Source: an uncultured bacterium | Lineage (GTDB): Bacteria; Krumholzibacteriota; Krumholzibacteriia; Krumholzibacteriales; Krumholzibacteriaceae | Assembly (NCBI GenBank): GCA_964599375.1 | Contig: CAZREW010000015.1 | Span: 10,028-74,027 of the forward strand | Direction: 5' to 3' | DNA: 64,000 nucleotides | In this document: positions 39,225 through 47,653 of the stretch, piece after piece | Numbering within the stretch: the stretch's first letter is position 1 | Layout of the letters: the number at the start of each line of letters is the position of its first letter | Position numbers and translations under genes: made by a program | The notes under the pieces: generated by a model | Databases searched by the model: none | What the model saw: only the letters and a program-made list of their open reading frames with translations | Told to the model about the DNA's origin: nothing

Positions 39225-40663
39225 CAGCCGGGCCTCCTTCTCTGCGAGCCGCGACTCTTCTCGATCTCCGTGATCACCGTCTCCATCCTCATCCCCCGCG
39301 AACCCTTCAGGAGCACTCCGTCGCCCTCCTCCAGGAGGCCGTCGAGATAGGAGGCCAGGTTCACCGCGTCGAGGAAGTGGCTGATTATCTCCGGCGCTCT
39401 TCGCTGGACGGACGCAACCCTGTTGAGTTCGACGGTCGCGTCTCCGAGAGTGATGATCCCGTCGACGCCTGCCTTGCCGCAGTAGGCCCCCGCCTCCTCG
39501 TGCAACTCTCCCGCGGACTCTCCAAGTTCGAGCATATCGCCGAGGACGAGCCAGCGTTTCCCTTCCAGAGGCATCTCCATGAACGCTCCCACGGCCGCCC
39601 GCAGGGACGCAGGGTTGGAGTTGTAAGTCTCGTCTACGATCGTTATGCCCGCCACGTCGTAGACGGCGCCGCGGCCGTCGAACGCCGCGGCTCCGGCGAT
39701 GGCCGCCGCCGTCTCCGCCTGCGGTACTCCCAGCAGCCCGGCGACGGCGGCGGCGGCTCCCGCATTCAGAAGGTTATGCCTTCCAAATCGCCGAATCTCC
39801 ATGCCCGCTCCGCCGATCGCGAAGGTATACCCTCCGCCTTCCCTGCTTTCGATATCCTCTATCCTCACGTCGGCCTTCTCCGAGAACCCGAAGGATACGA
39901 CTCCCGCTTTCGTCCTTTCGGAGAGAAACTCGAAGAAATCGTCGTCGGCCGGAAGGACTGCGGTCCCTTCCTCGCCGAGAGACTCCACGAGCTCCGCTTT
40001 CGCCCTGGCCACGCCCTTCAGCGTGCCGAAGAACTCAAGGTGGCCCGGGCCGATATTCGTCACCACTCCTATATCGGGGCGGGCGATGGCGCAAAGAGCC
40101 GCGATCTCGCCCCTGTGATTGGCTCCCATCTCTGTGACGAGCACCTCGGTCCCTTCCGGCATCGACAGTATCGTCAGGGGGACCCCGATATGGTTGTTGA
40201 GGTTCCCCGAGGTCGCGTGGACCGTGTACTTCCGCTCCAGGACCGCCGCGGTCATCTCCTTGACTGTCGTCTTTCCGCTGCTGCCTGTGATCGCCACTAC
40301 TTTCGGGCCGACCCTGTCCCTCCATGCCGCGGCTAGCGCCTGCAGTCCCTTGAGCGTGTCCCTCACCTCGAACACGGGAAGCCCAGGGGCGGCCTTCCTG
40401 GCCTCGTCCCCCCGGCCCCGCTCGACGAGAAAAGCCGATGCTCCACCAGCGGCCGCGTCGACGATGTAGTCGTGTCCGTCCGCCGTTCCGCCTTTCAAGG
40501 CGACGAACAGCTTCCCTTCAGCGCCGGTACGCGAATCGGTCGTCACTCCCTCGACGACCGTTTTCTCGACTTTATTTCCCCCGAAGCCCGCCGCTTCGAG
40601 CGCGCCCTCTATCCAATCGCTGTCGACTCTGATGTCGGCCCTCCAGACGTCACTGCGTCCCAT
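39224..40663 (-). CDS. murF: UDP-MurNAc-tripeptide--D-Ala-D-Ala ligase
   Basis: TDSR, TGSSGKTTVKE, NNHIGVP, EMGANH, DETYNSNP, GDMLELG and KGSRGMRM motifs. Start set at 40663. Confidence 0.96.
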   Translation of the reverse strand: MGRSDVWRADIRVDSDWIEGALEAAGFGGNKVEKTVVEGVTTDSRTGAEGKLFVALKGGTADGHDYIVDAAAGGASAFLVERGRGDEARKAAPGLPVFEVRDTLKGLQALAAAWRDRVGPKVVAITGSSGKTTVKEMTAAVLERKYTVHATSGNLNNHIGVPLTILSMPEGTEVLVTEMGANHRGEIAALCAIARPDIGVVTNIGPGHLEFFGTLKGVARAKAELVESLGEEGTAVLPADDDFFEFLSERTKAGVVSFGFSEKADVRIEDIESREGGGYTFAIGGAGMEIRRFGRHNLLNAGAAAAVAGLLGVPQAETAAAIAGAAAFDGRGAVYDVAGITIVDETYNSNPASLRAAVGAFMEMPLEGKRWLVLGDMLELGESAGELHEEAGAYCGKAGVDGIITLGDATVELNRVASVQRRAPEIISHFLDAVNLASYLDGLLEEGDGVLLKGSRGMRMETVITEIEKSRGSQRRRPG

Positions 40664-40664
40664 T

Positions 40665-42143
40665 CTATTTTCGACTCGCCGCGCCGACGAGTGCCTTCTC
40701 CGCTTCCTCGATATCGCTGAAATGTATCTTCCCGCCGGCAAGGACCTGGTAGTCCTCGTGCCCCTTGCCGGCCAGCACTACCATCTCCTTATCGGCCGCC
40801 AGACCTATCGCTGTCCTTATCGCCACCGCCCTGTCCGATATGACCTCGATCGGGGTGCCAGAACCAGACATCCCCTCGAGTATGTCCCGTATGATCGCGT
40901 CCGGGTCCTCCGATCTCGGATTGTCGCTCGTCACATAGACCATGTCGCTGAGATCAGCAGCCACCTTTCCCATCATCGGCCGCTTTCCCTTGTCGCGGTC
41001 GCCTCCGGCCCCGAACACGGTCACCAGCTTCGCCGGCGAGAGCTCGCGGCAGAAGAGAAGCAGTTTCTCGAGAGCGTCCGGCGTGTGCGCGTAGTCCACT
41101 ATCACGGTCGGACCGCCGCCAGACCTGATGAGATGGAACCTCCCCGGGATCTCTTCCATATCTGACAGGCCCGCAGCGATCGCGTCCGGGCCCGCCCCGG
41201 AGACGCGGGCCGCCGCCGCAGCTCCCAGCGCGTTCAGCGCGGAGAATCTGCCGAGCAGGCGCATATCTACGCGGAGATCGAGATCCGGGGCGGCGATGGT
41301 GAACCTCGTCCCCGAGAGATCAGCGGCAAGGTCTTCACATCTGAAAACGGCTTCTCTGGAGGTTCCGAACGATATCTTCGGCCCGGAGTATCTCGAGCCG
41401 ACTTCTGCCACGTTAGCGTCATCGATGTTGTACACAAGTGTCCCGGCACCCTTGGCCCTGCCGGGAGCCGACAGGGACCGGACAAAGGTCTCCTTGGCCT
41501 CTATATATCTTCCCAGGGTACCGTGATAATCCATGTGGTCCCTCGAGATGTTCGTAAAGACGCCTATGTCGAACTCGAGCCCGCCTGTCCTGCCCTGGGC
41601 GGCGGCGTGCGAGCTGACCTCCATCACCACCGACCTGCAGCCGCTGCCGACGAAACCGGCGATTATCCTGTTAATATCCGAAGACGAGGGGGTCGTGTTG
41701 GCCGACGCACTCAGCTTTCCGCCCGTCCCGAATCCTACCGTCCCGATGATGCCGGCCGGTCCATTCGACCTCTGCAGTATCGATTGGAGCATGAAAGCAG
41801 TAGAGGTCTTGCCGTTCGTGCCGGTGATACCGACGAGCAGGACCTTCGATGAAGGGTCTCCGAAAAAAACGCGGGCGAGCGACGCCTCGGCCGCCGAAGT
41901 ATTATCAACGACGACAACGGGAATGTCAGCTTCGACCGGACTTTCGACGACAAGCGCCGCCGCGCCCGCATTTACCGCATGATCCACATAATCGTGGCCG
42001 TCCGCCTCATGTCCCCTGACTGCCACGAAAAGTTCTCCCTCTGATATCGACCTGGAGTCGGTCGATATCCCTTTTATCTCGACATCGCGCCATCCGTGGC
42101 GCGATATGACGTCAATGTCCCTGAGCAGTTCCTCGAGCTTCAC
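40665..42143 (-). CDS. murE: UDP-MurNAc-dipeptide--meso-DAP ligase
   Basis: GITGTNGKT, MEVSSH, FTNISRDHMDYH, VDYAHTPDAL, DNPR (meso-DAP specificity) and AGKGHE motifs. GTG start overlaps the ftsI stop. Confidence 0.97.
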   Translation of the reverse strand: MKLEELLRDIDVISRHGWRDVEIKGISTDSRSISEGELFVAVRGHEADGHDYVDHAVNAGAAALVVESPVEADIPVVVVDNTSAAEASLARVFFGDPSSKVLLVGITGTNGKTSTAFMLQSILQRSNGPAGIIGTVGFGTGGKLSASANTTPSSSDINRIIAGFVGSGCRSVVMEVSSHAAAQGRTGGLEFDIGVFTNISRDHMDYHGTLGRYIEAKETFVRSLSAPGRAKGAGTLVYNIDDANVAEVGSRYSGPKISFGTSREAVFRCEDLAADLSGTRFTIAAPDLDLRVDMRLLGRFSALNALGAAAAARVSGAGPDAIAAGLSDMEEIPGRFHLIRSGGGPTVIVDYAHTPDALEKLLLFCRELSPAKLVTVFGAGGDRDKGKRPMMGKVAADLSDMVYVTSDNPRSEDPDAIIRDILEGMSGSGTPIEVISDRAVAIRTAIGLAADKEMVVLAGKGHEDYQVLAGGKIHFSDIEEAEKALVGAASRK

Positions 42144-44266
42144 CTTGCCGCCCCTCCGGCGAGCGCCAGTTCGCTGCCTTCGTTGTTTTTCGCCGCGCTG
42201 CACCTGATCGATACGGTGGTCCCCTTCGACACCTTTCTTCCCGGAGGCGGGTCCTGCTTCTGCACTCTCCCCGAACCGGCGATCCTGCTCCTGAGGCCCG
42301 ATTCGATCAGCATACGCCTTGCCTGTCTTATCGAAAGCCCCCGGAGGTCAGGGACCATCACACCAGCCTCTTTAGCGCCGCCCTCCGATATGAACGACAG
42401 GGAGACCTTCCCGCCTTTCTGCACGAGTGTGCCAGGACCGGGGACCTGCGAATAGACTTCCCCCTCGCCGCTCGTGTACGCGAGATACAGGTCGCAGTCG
42501 CTTGCCAGCTGCTCAGCCTCGGCACACCTGAGCCTGAAGAAACTCGGTACTGCGATCATGTCCTTCGCCCGCTGTCCCGGATCGACGGCGATCTCAGCCT
42601 CGGGAGCGAAAAGATCGGAAGCGAGGTTTATACCCTCCACTATCTCGCTGAAGACCAGGGCCGAGGACGACCCGCCATAGTGCCATCTGTAATCGGGCTC
42701 TTTGAGAACGACCATGCAGACCAGCTTTGGATCGTCCGCCGGAGCAAACCCGGCAAAGCTCGCGATCCAGGTATTCTCAAGGTACCTCGAACCGTCGGCC
42801 ACCTGGGCCGTGCCGGTCTTGCCCGCCGTCTCGATACCGTCGACCGCCGCGTTGACGCCGGTCCCGTCGACCACCACTTCGCGGCAGAACCCCCTGAGCT
42901 TCCTGGCCGTTTCAGGAGAGAGCACCTTTCTGACCCTTACTGGATCGAACTTTCTGACAAGCCCGCCTTCGGGGTCCCTGACTTCCCGCGCTATCCTCGG
43001 CACCATCAGGTCCCCTCCGTTCGCGACCGCGCAGTAGGCCATGGCCATCTGGACAACCGTCACGCCTATCTCCTGCCCGATCGCCATGCTCGGCAGCGAC
43101 CTCGCCGACCAGTCTTCCGGTCTGCGGAGCGCTCCCGCTGACTCGGCGGGCAGGTCGATACCGGTCCTGCTGCCGAAACCGAACCGCAGAAGGAACGCAT
43201 AAAAATCATCCCTGTCGGTGTCCATGACCGCTTTGATCGTGCATATATTGCTCGATTTCTTGAAAGCCTCCTTGAATGTCAACCACCCGAACTTGTGGTC
43301 GTCATTGAAGGTCCCGAACCAGAAATCGGCCCTTCCTTCCTCACCGTAGAACACATCGTAAGGATCGACCTCCCCCTGCTCGAGCAGGTAGGCGGCGGTG
43401 ACCAGCTTGAACGTCGATCCGGGCTCGTAGATGCAGCCGGTCGAATACAGCCCGTTGCCCGTCTTTATCTTTCCCGCTTTCGAGCCTTCCTTTTCGGCCA
43501 GAGCGTATATCTCGCCCGTCCACGGGTCGACGACGACGGCAGCGCCCGAAGCGGCACCATATCTCGAGACGGCCTGCTCGAGCTCGAAATCGACTATCGC
43601 CTGGATCCTTGAGTCGATCGTGAGATAGAGATCGTGGCCGTTCTCCGGTCTGCGTCCGGGCGCGTCCGTGCGTCGATAAAGTCTTCCTCTAGCATCTCTT
43701 ATCATCAGCTTCCATCCGTCGGTACCCCTGAGATAGTCGTCGAACATCAGCTCGAGACCTCCCTTGCCCGCGTTGTCGTCACCGACAGAGCCTAGAAGCA
43801 GTGGAGCCATGCAGTGGAACGGGTTTATCCGTTCAGGGTCCGGGTCGAGCCTGACTCCCTGCATCGATGAAAGCTTTTCCTCCTGCTGGCAGGAGAGCGA
43901 GACCTTCCTGGCGAGGCGTATGTAGTCGTCTTTCCGGTTCAGGAGACGGCGGATAAACGACCTGTTAATCGAGGCGGCGTCGGAGAGAACCTCGAGCTCA
44001 TCGTCATCGCCAGGAAGGTCCCGGGGGGTGACGCCAAGAACATAAGTCCTGTGTGAAACGGCCAGGGGAAGGCCGTTGCGGTCGAAGATGCTGCCGCGGC
44101 TGGCGAGCCAGGAGACCCTCTTCTCGCTGTTGAGGTGCGCATCTTCGATGATCTCGTCATGATCTATTATCTGTACGTCGACTATCCGGAGAAAGATCGC
44201 GCAGACGGCGGCAAGCGAAAGCACATCGACCGTTATCATCCGCCAGTTTTTTAGACGCGACGTCAT
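42140..44266 (-). CDS. ftsI: Class B PBP FtsI with two C-terminal PASTA domains
   Basis: EPGSTFK (SxxK), SSN (SxN) and GKTGTAQ (KTG) motifs; two PASTA repeats (VPSFFRL..., VPDLRGL...). Start at MTSRL (44266). Confidence 0.95.
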   Translation of the reverse strand: MTSRLKNWRMITVDVLSLAAVCAIFLRIVDVQIIDHDEIIEDAHLNSEKRVSWLASRGSIFDRNGLPLAVSHRTYVLGVTPRDLPGDDDELEVLSDAASINRSFIRRLLNRKDDYIRLARKVSLSCQQEEKLSSMQGVRLDPDPERINPFHCMAPLLLGSVGDDNAGKGGLELMFDDYLRGTDGWKLMIRDARGRLYRRTDAPGRRPENGHDLYLTIDSRIQAIVDFELEQAVSRYGAASGAAVVVDPWTGEIYALAEKEGSKAGKIKTGNGLYSTGCIYEPGSTFKLVTAAYLLEQGEVDPYDVFYGEEGRADFWFGTFNDDHKFGWLTFKEAFKKSSNICTIKAVMDTDRDDFYAFLLRFGFGSRTGIDLPAESAGALRRPEDWSARSLPSMAIGQEIGVTVVQMAMAYCAVANGGDLMVPRIAREVRDPEGGLVRKFDPVRVRKVLSPETARKLRGFCREVVVDGTGVNAAVDGIETAGKTGTAQVADGSRYLENTWIASFAGFAPADDPKLVCMVVLKEPDYRWHYGGSSSALVFSEIVEGINLASDLFAPEAEIAVDPGQRAKDMIAVPSFFRLRCAEAEQLASDCDLYLAYTSGEGEVYSQVPGPGTLVQKGGKVSLSFISEGGAKEAGVMVPDLRGLSIRQARRMLIESGLRSRIAGSGRVQKQDPPPGRKVSKGTTVSIRCSAAKNNEGSELALAGGAAR

Positions 44267-44691
44267 CTGCTCTCCGGAACATCCGCCGGGGTGGAGGGGA
44301 GACTTCCCTCTCCACCCCTTGCGGCCCAACGGGCTCTTTCTTCGTCAGTGATATCACCAGGTTCGCAGTAGGCGATCCTGTGTATCTGGTCCGGCGCTCC
44401 CGGCTTCATACCCGCCGCTTCCGCCAGGGGGATGATCCGTTCGGCCGATGCCAGTTCGTTTCTGCGCGTCATGAGGCAGATCCTCTCATCCTTGAGAGCC
44501 TGCCTGAGCCTCGTCCCCTCCTCGATCCTCTTGGAGATCCCGTCCAGGTGCACGTGCAGGGAGATATAGAGGAGCACGAGGCTGGAGAAGAAGCCCAGGA
44601 TGATCAGGAAATTGAACGGCCCCATCCTTCCTTCGAGGGCCCTTTTCACTATCATCGACAGGTGATCGAAATATCTCTGTCCCGTGTTCAT
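44263..44691 (-). CDS. ftsL: Cell division protein FtsL
   Basis: One TM followed by a coiled coil ending LASAERIIPLAEAAGM; lies between rsmH and ftsI. Confidence 0.75.
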   Translation of the reverse strand: MNTGQRYFDHLSMIVKRALEGRMGPFNFLIILGFFSSLVLLYISLHVHLDGISKRIEEGTRLRQALKDERICLMTRRNELASAERIIPLAEAAGMKPGAPDQIHRIAYCEPGDITDEERARWAARGGEGSLPSTPADVPESR

Positions 44692-44719
44692 TCCTGATCC
44701 TCTCCTTGTGTCGGGCCGG

Positions 44720-45631
44720 TCAGGCCAGCCGCTCGGCAGCTCTCAGCCTGGCGCTTCGCGCCCTCGGGTTTTCGGATATCTCCTCTTCGCCGGGTACCAC
44801 CGGGCGCCTTGTCAGGACCTTCAGCCGCGGCTGCCTGCCGCAGGCGCATTCCGGGAAATCGGAAGGACAGATGCATCCCTTCTCCTCGGCCTGGAAAAAT
44901 CTCTTTACTGTCCTGTCCTCGAGCGAGTGATAGCTGATCAGGACAAGTCTCCCACCCGGAACACACAGCTCAAGAGAGGCCGGCAGAAATGCGGCCAGTG
45001 CCTCGAGTTCCCTGTTTGCCCATATTCTCAGCGCCTGAAAGACCCTCGCCAGCGTGGAGATCATATCCCTGGCGGGAGCGGCCTTTTCAACAGCGGCCCT
45101 GAGCCTCGCCGTGCTCTCGATCCGCCCTGCTGAGCGTTCCCTGCAGATCTCGCGGGCGACCGCCCTGCTCCGGCGCTCTTCCCCGTATTCGCGGATGATT
45201 CGGGCGAGTTCCCGTTCTGAGGCTGTATTGATAAGCTCTTTGACATCGCCGCCGCCGGGCCCCATCGCCATATCGAGCGGGCCGTCGGCGAGATAGCTGA
45301 ATCCCCGTTCCCTGTCGGCTATCTGAAGCGATGAGAGGCCCAGGTCGAGAAGGATCCCCTCACACTTCCCGCCGGAAAGATGCTGTGATATCTCGGAGAA
45401 ATCGCCTCGGACGAGCGTAACACGGTCGCCGAACCGCCTGAGCCTGTCAGAGGCTGCGTCAAGCGCTTTCGGATCGCGGTCGATCCCGATGAGCCTGACC
45501 TTTTCGCCGCCTGCCTCGAGAATAGCCTCGGCGTGCCCGCCCATCCCAACCGTTCCGTCGATGTATTTCCCTTCCCTTCCTGTCATCAGAAACCTCACGA
45601 CCTCATCGACCAGGACAGGCGTATGTATCAC
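44720..45631 (-). CDS. rsmH: 16S rRNA m4C1402 methyltransferase RsmH (MraW)
   Basis: HTPVL, DGTVGMGGH, DLGLSSLQ, GPLDM, FQALRI, ISYHSLEDR and NPRARSARLR motifs. GTG start at 45631 overlaps the upstream stop. Confidence 0.97.
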   Translation of the reverse strand: MIHTPVLVDEVVRFLMTGREGKYIDGTVGMGGHAEAILEAGGEKVRLIGIDRDPKALDAASDRLRRFGDRVTLVRGDFSEISQHLSGGKCEGILLDLGLSSLQIADRERGFSYLADGPLDMAMGPGGGDVKELINTASERELARIIREYGEERRSRAVAREICRERSAGRIESTARLRAAVEKAAPARDMISTLARVFQALRIWANRELEALAAFLPASLELCVPGGRLVLISYHSLEDRTVKRFFQAEEKGCICPSDFPECACGRQPRLKVLTRRPVVPGEEEISENPRARSARLRAAERLA

Positions 45632-46029
45632 CTGCCGTCCACCTCCAGCGGGCAGCCCGCCGCCTCCCCTTTTCCGGAGGCGTACGCGCCCATTTTCCCT
45701 CTTTCGACCTTCAGATACCTGAAGGCCTTCCTCCAGTCTGAAAAAACGGGGGTCATCTTCGTTCTGCTTACGAAAGCGAAGATACTGAGGAGATAATCGT
45801 TGAATCCGCTGAAGATGACCCCGGGGCTCGTTCCGATCAACCTGTCGAGCGACTGAAACACCCTGTAATCGGCGTGACGGACTCCGGCGAAATCGAGGAT
45901 GCAGCAGCCTCCGGACACAGCGGGCGCGCACCCGATGTGGCTCGCGAGCATCTCGGCGTCACTGTCGTCGATGACGCCTGAGATCCTCAGGACCTCGATG
46001 CCGTCCCGGTCTGTGCGATGGACCCTCAT
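45628..46029 (-). CDS. STAS-domain (anti-anti-sigma-like) protein inside the dcw operon
   Basis: VLRISGVID, ILDFAGVRHAD, SGFNDYLLSIF and VFSDWRKAF follow the STAS pattern; GGAG RBS; TGA overlaps the rsmH start. Confidence 0.72.
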   Translation of the reverse strand: MRVHRTDRDGIEVLRISGVIDDSDAEMLASHIGCAPAVSGGCCILDFAGVRHADYRVFQSLDRLIGTSPGVIFSGFNDYLLSIFAFVSRTKMTPVFSDWRKAFRYLKVERGKMGAYASGKGEAAGCPLEVDGR

Positions 46030-46046
46030 CCCTGCTCCCTGCCGGA

Positions 46047-46481
46047 CTAGTATTCCCACTCGCCGTCGAGGAAAGTGTCGTCAGCTTCGTGGCTGACCTT
46101 CTCGTAGTCCTCGATCGACCAGATCTCGATATAGTTGAGGACCCCGACTACCATTACCTTCTTAGGCCCGCCCAGAGCCTCGAGCATCGCCGGAGGGATC
46201 GCGATCCTTCCCGACTTGTCGAGGTTGAGCGTCCGTGATTTGCTGCTGTAGAACCTGATGTAGTTCCTCTTCTTCGGGCCCGGAGGAAGCTTGTGCAGCT
46301 CGCTGACGACGACCTCGTTCCACTCGTTGAGCGGGTAGAGGTTGAGGCATCGCTCCTTGCCCATCGATATGACGTACATCGCGGCTGATACTTCCGGGAC
46401 AAGATGCCTGAACTTCGCGGGAACCATCAGGCGTCCCTTCGCGTCGATCGTGCATTCGAAATTTCCAAGGAAGTTCTGCAT
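46047..46481 (-). CDS. mraZ: Division/cell-wall cluster transcriptional repressor MraZ
   Basis: FLGNFECTIDAKGRLMVPAKFR, CLNLYP, LDKSGRIAIP and GVLNYIEIWS motifs (two SpoVT/AbrB repeats). Confidence 0.97.
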   Translation of the reverse strand: MQNFLGNFECTIDAKGRLMVPAKFRHLVPEVSAAMYVISMGKERCLNLYPLNEWNEVVVSELHKLPPGPKKRNYIRFYSSKSRTLNLDKSGRIAIPPAMLEALGGPKKVMVVGVLNYIEIWSIEDYEKVSHEADDTFLDGEWEY

Positions 46482-46588
46482 CTTTCCGGCCTTTCAGAGG
46501 TCCTCCCCATCCTACCTCACGGCCGGAATATCGGTCGGCGCCGGCAGTGACGATCTTTACATTTTGGGGACTAACCTCTCCATTTCGA

Positions 46589-46613
46589 CCCACTTTATCC
46601 CACTCTCTCCCAC
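46589..46613 (-). promoter_or_regulatory. MraZ operator: three GTGGG direct repeats at 10-bp period
   Basis: CCCAC at 46589, 46599 and 46609 on + (GTGGGAGAGAGTGGGATAAAGTGGG on -). Confidence 0.85.
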
Positions 46614-46621
46614 AGTGTCAA
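46592..46621 (-). promoter_or_regulatory. sigma70 promoter of the dcw operon (Pmra)
   Basis: TTGACA (46621-46616), 18-nt spacer, TAAAGT (46597-46592); overlaps the MraZ repeats. Confidence 0.7.
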
Positions 46622-46789
46622 GGGAAAATATCGTAACATGCCCTTAATTCTCATATTTTACTGTGTTGTATAATAAAGAGTTAGCGGATACAGGAAAAAA
46701 AATCCACAGGGTTCCGTGTTTTCCCCGATCTACCACCGGTTCCCACCTGTCCAAAGGGCCCGGTCATCCTGAAATGGAAGGATCTGCCT

Positions 46790-47653
46790 TTAGCTGGCGT
46801 CGGCCGGCCGATCCGGGGGGATGCCCGGCCTGACAGCGGCGAGGACCAGGGTCGATGCGAGGAGCGAAATGGGAGGGGTCCTCTCCATGACGGCCTCAAG
46901 CCCCCTGGCCAGCGGGAAGACCGGATCCGGCAGGTTCTTCAGAACGAAGATGATCCTCTGCGAACCCGTTACCTCGAACCCCTCATCCTCGAGCATCGAC
47001 CTGATCTCCCCCTCAGGAGAGGGCCTGTGGTATCTGTACGGATGGTAGTCGGACCGCTCGATCTCACCTACGGGATAGCACATCCCGGGGAGCGCCCTCT
47101 TGAGGAACGGCAGCCTGTTGGCGACCCGCTTCCCTGTCTCGACGAACGAGTAGTAGTTTGGAGTGGAAAGGACGAGGGCGCCCCCCGGCTCGAGAACGCG
47201 CCACGCCTCACGGACAGCTGACCGGCGGTCGGGGTGAAAGACATGCTCGAATGTCTCAACCGCCGTGACCGCGGCAAAGGTACCGTCGCCGAAGGGAAGA
47301 GCGCTCATGTCGGCGCAGCTGAGCCTTGACTGCGTGCCGTTCGCAGCCGCGATCATCGATGCCGCCGCGAAATCGTTCTGCACAATGTCTATCCCGTACG
47401 GGGCGTAGCCGCGAAGCCCTAGAAGAAAGAGGTTGTATCCCCACCCGCAACCGACGTCGAGTGCCCGGCGCCCCATCCCGGCCGGGAGCATCCCGGTCAC
47501 CGCCACGAAGCGCCTGCGGCTGAGCCACCTCTTCGCCTTCGAGCCGAGAAACCAGTTCTCTAAAAGGCTCGGCATCCGATCCGCCTGTATCCCCACCGGG
47601 ATAACAGGCTCGGGAAGGTCTTTCATCTCCAGGCCGGGCCGATCCGTATTCAT
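46790..47653 (-). CDS. Class I SAM-dependent methyltransferase
   Basis: ALDVGCGWG, ADMSALPFGDGTF, ETFEHV and LEPGGALVLSTPN motifs; last gene of the glycan operon. Confidence 0.9.
   Translation of the reverse strand: MNTDRPGLEMKDLPEPVIPVGIQADRMPSLLENWFLGSKAKRWLSRRRFVAVTGMLPAGMGRRALDVGCGWGYNLFLLGLRGYAPYGIDIVQNDFAAASMIAAANGTQSRLSCADMSALPFGDGTFAAVTAVETFEHVFHPDRRSAVREAWRVLEPGGALVLSTPNYYSFVETGKRVANRLPFLKRALPGMCYPVGEIERSDYHPYRYHRPSPEGEIRSMLEDEGFEVTGSQRIIFVLKNLPDPVFPLARGLEAVMERTPPISLLASTLVLAAVRPGIPPDRPADAS

Noticed and set aside
45632-45931. 100-aa N-terminal extension of RsmH in the ORF track
   Set aside because: It overlaps the STAS gene in another frame. RsmH homology starts at the GTG at 45631.
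46622-46789. AT-rich intergenic stretch with DnaA-box-like words (AAATCCACA, TGTTGTATAA), a possible oriC or RNase P RNA site
   Set aside because: Each word has at least 2 mismatches to TTATCCACA, there is no box cluster or adjacent dnaA, and no RNase P P4 signature is present.
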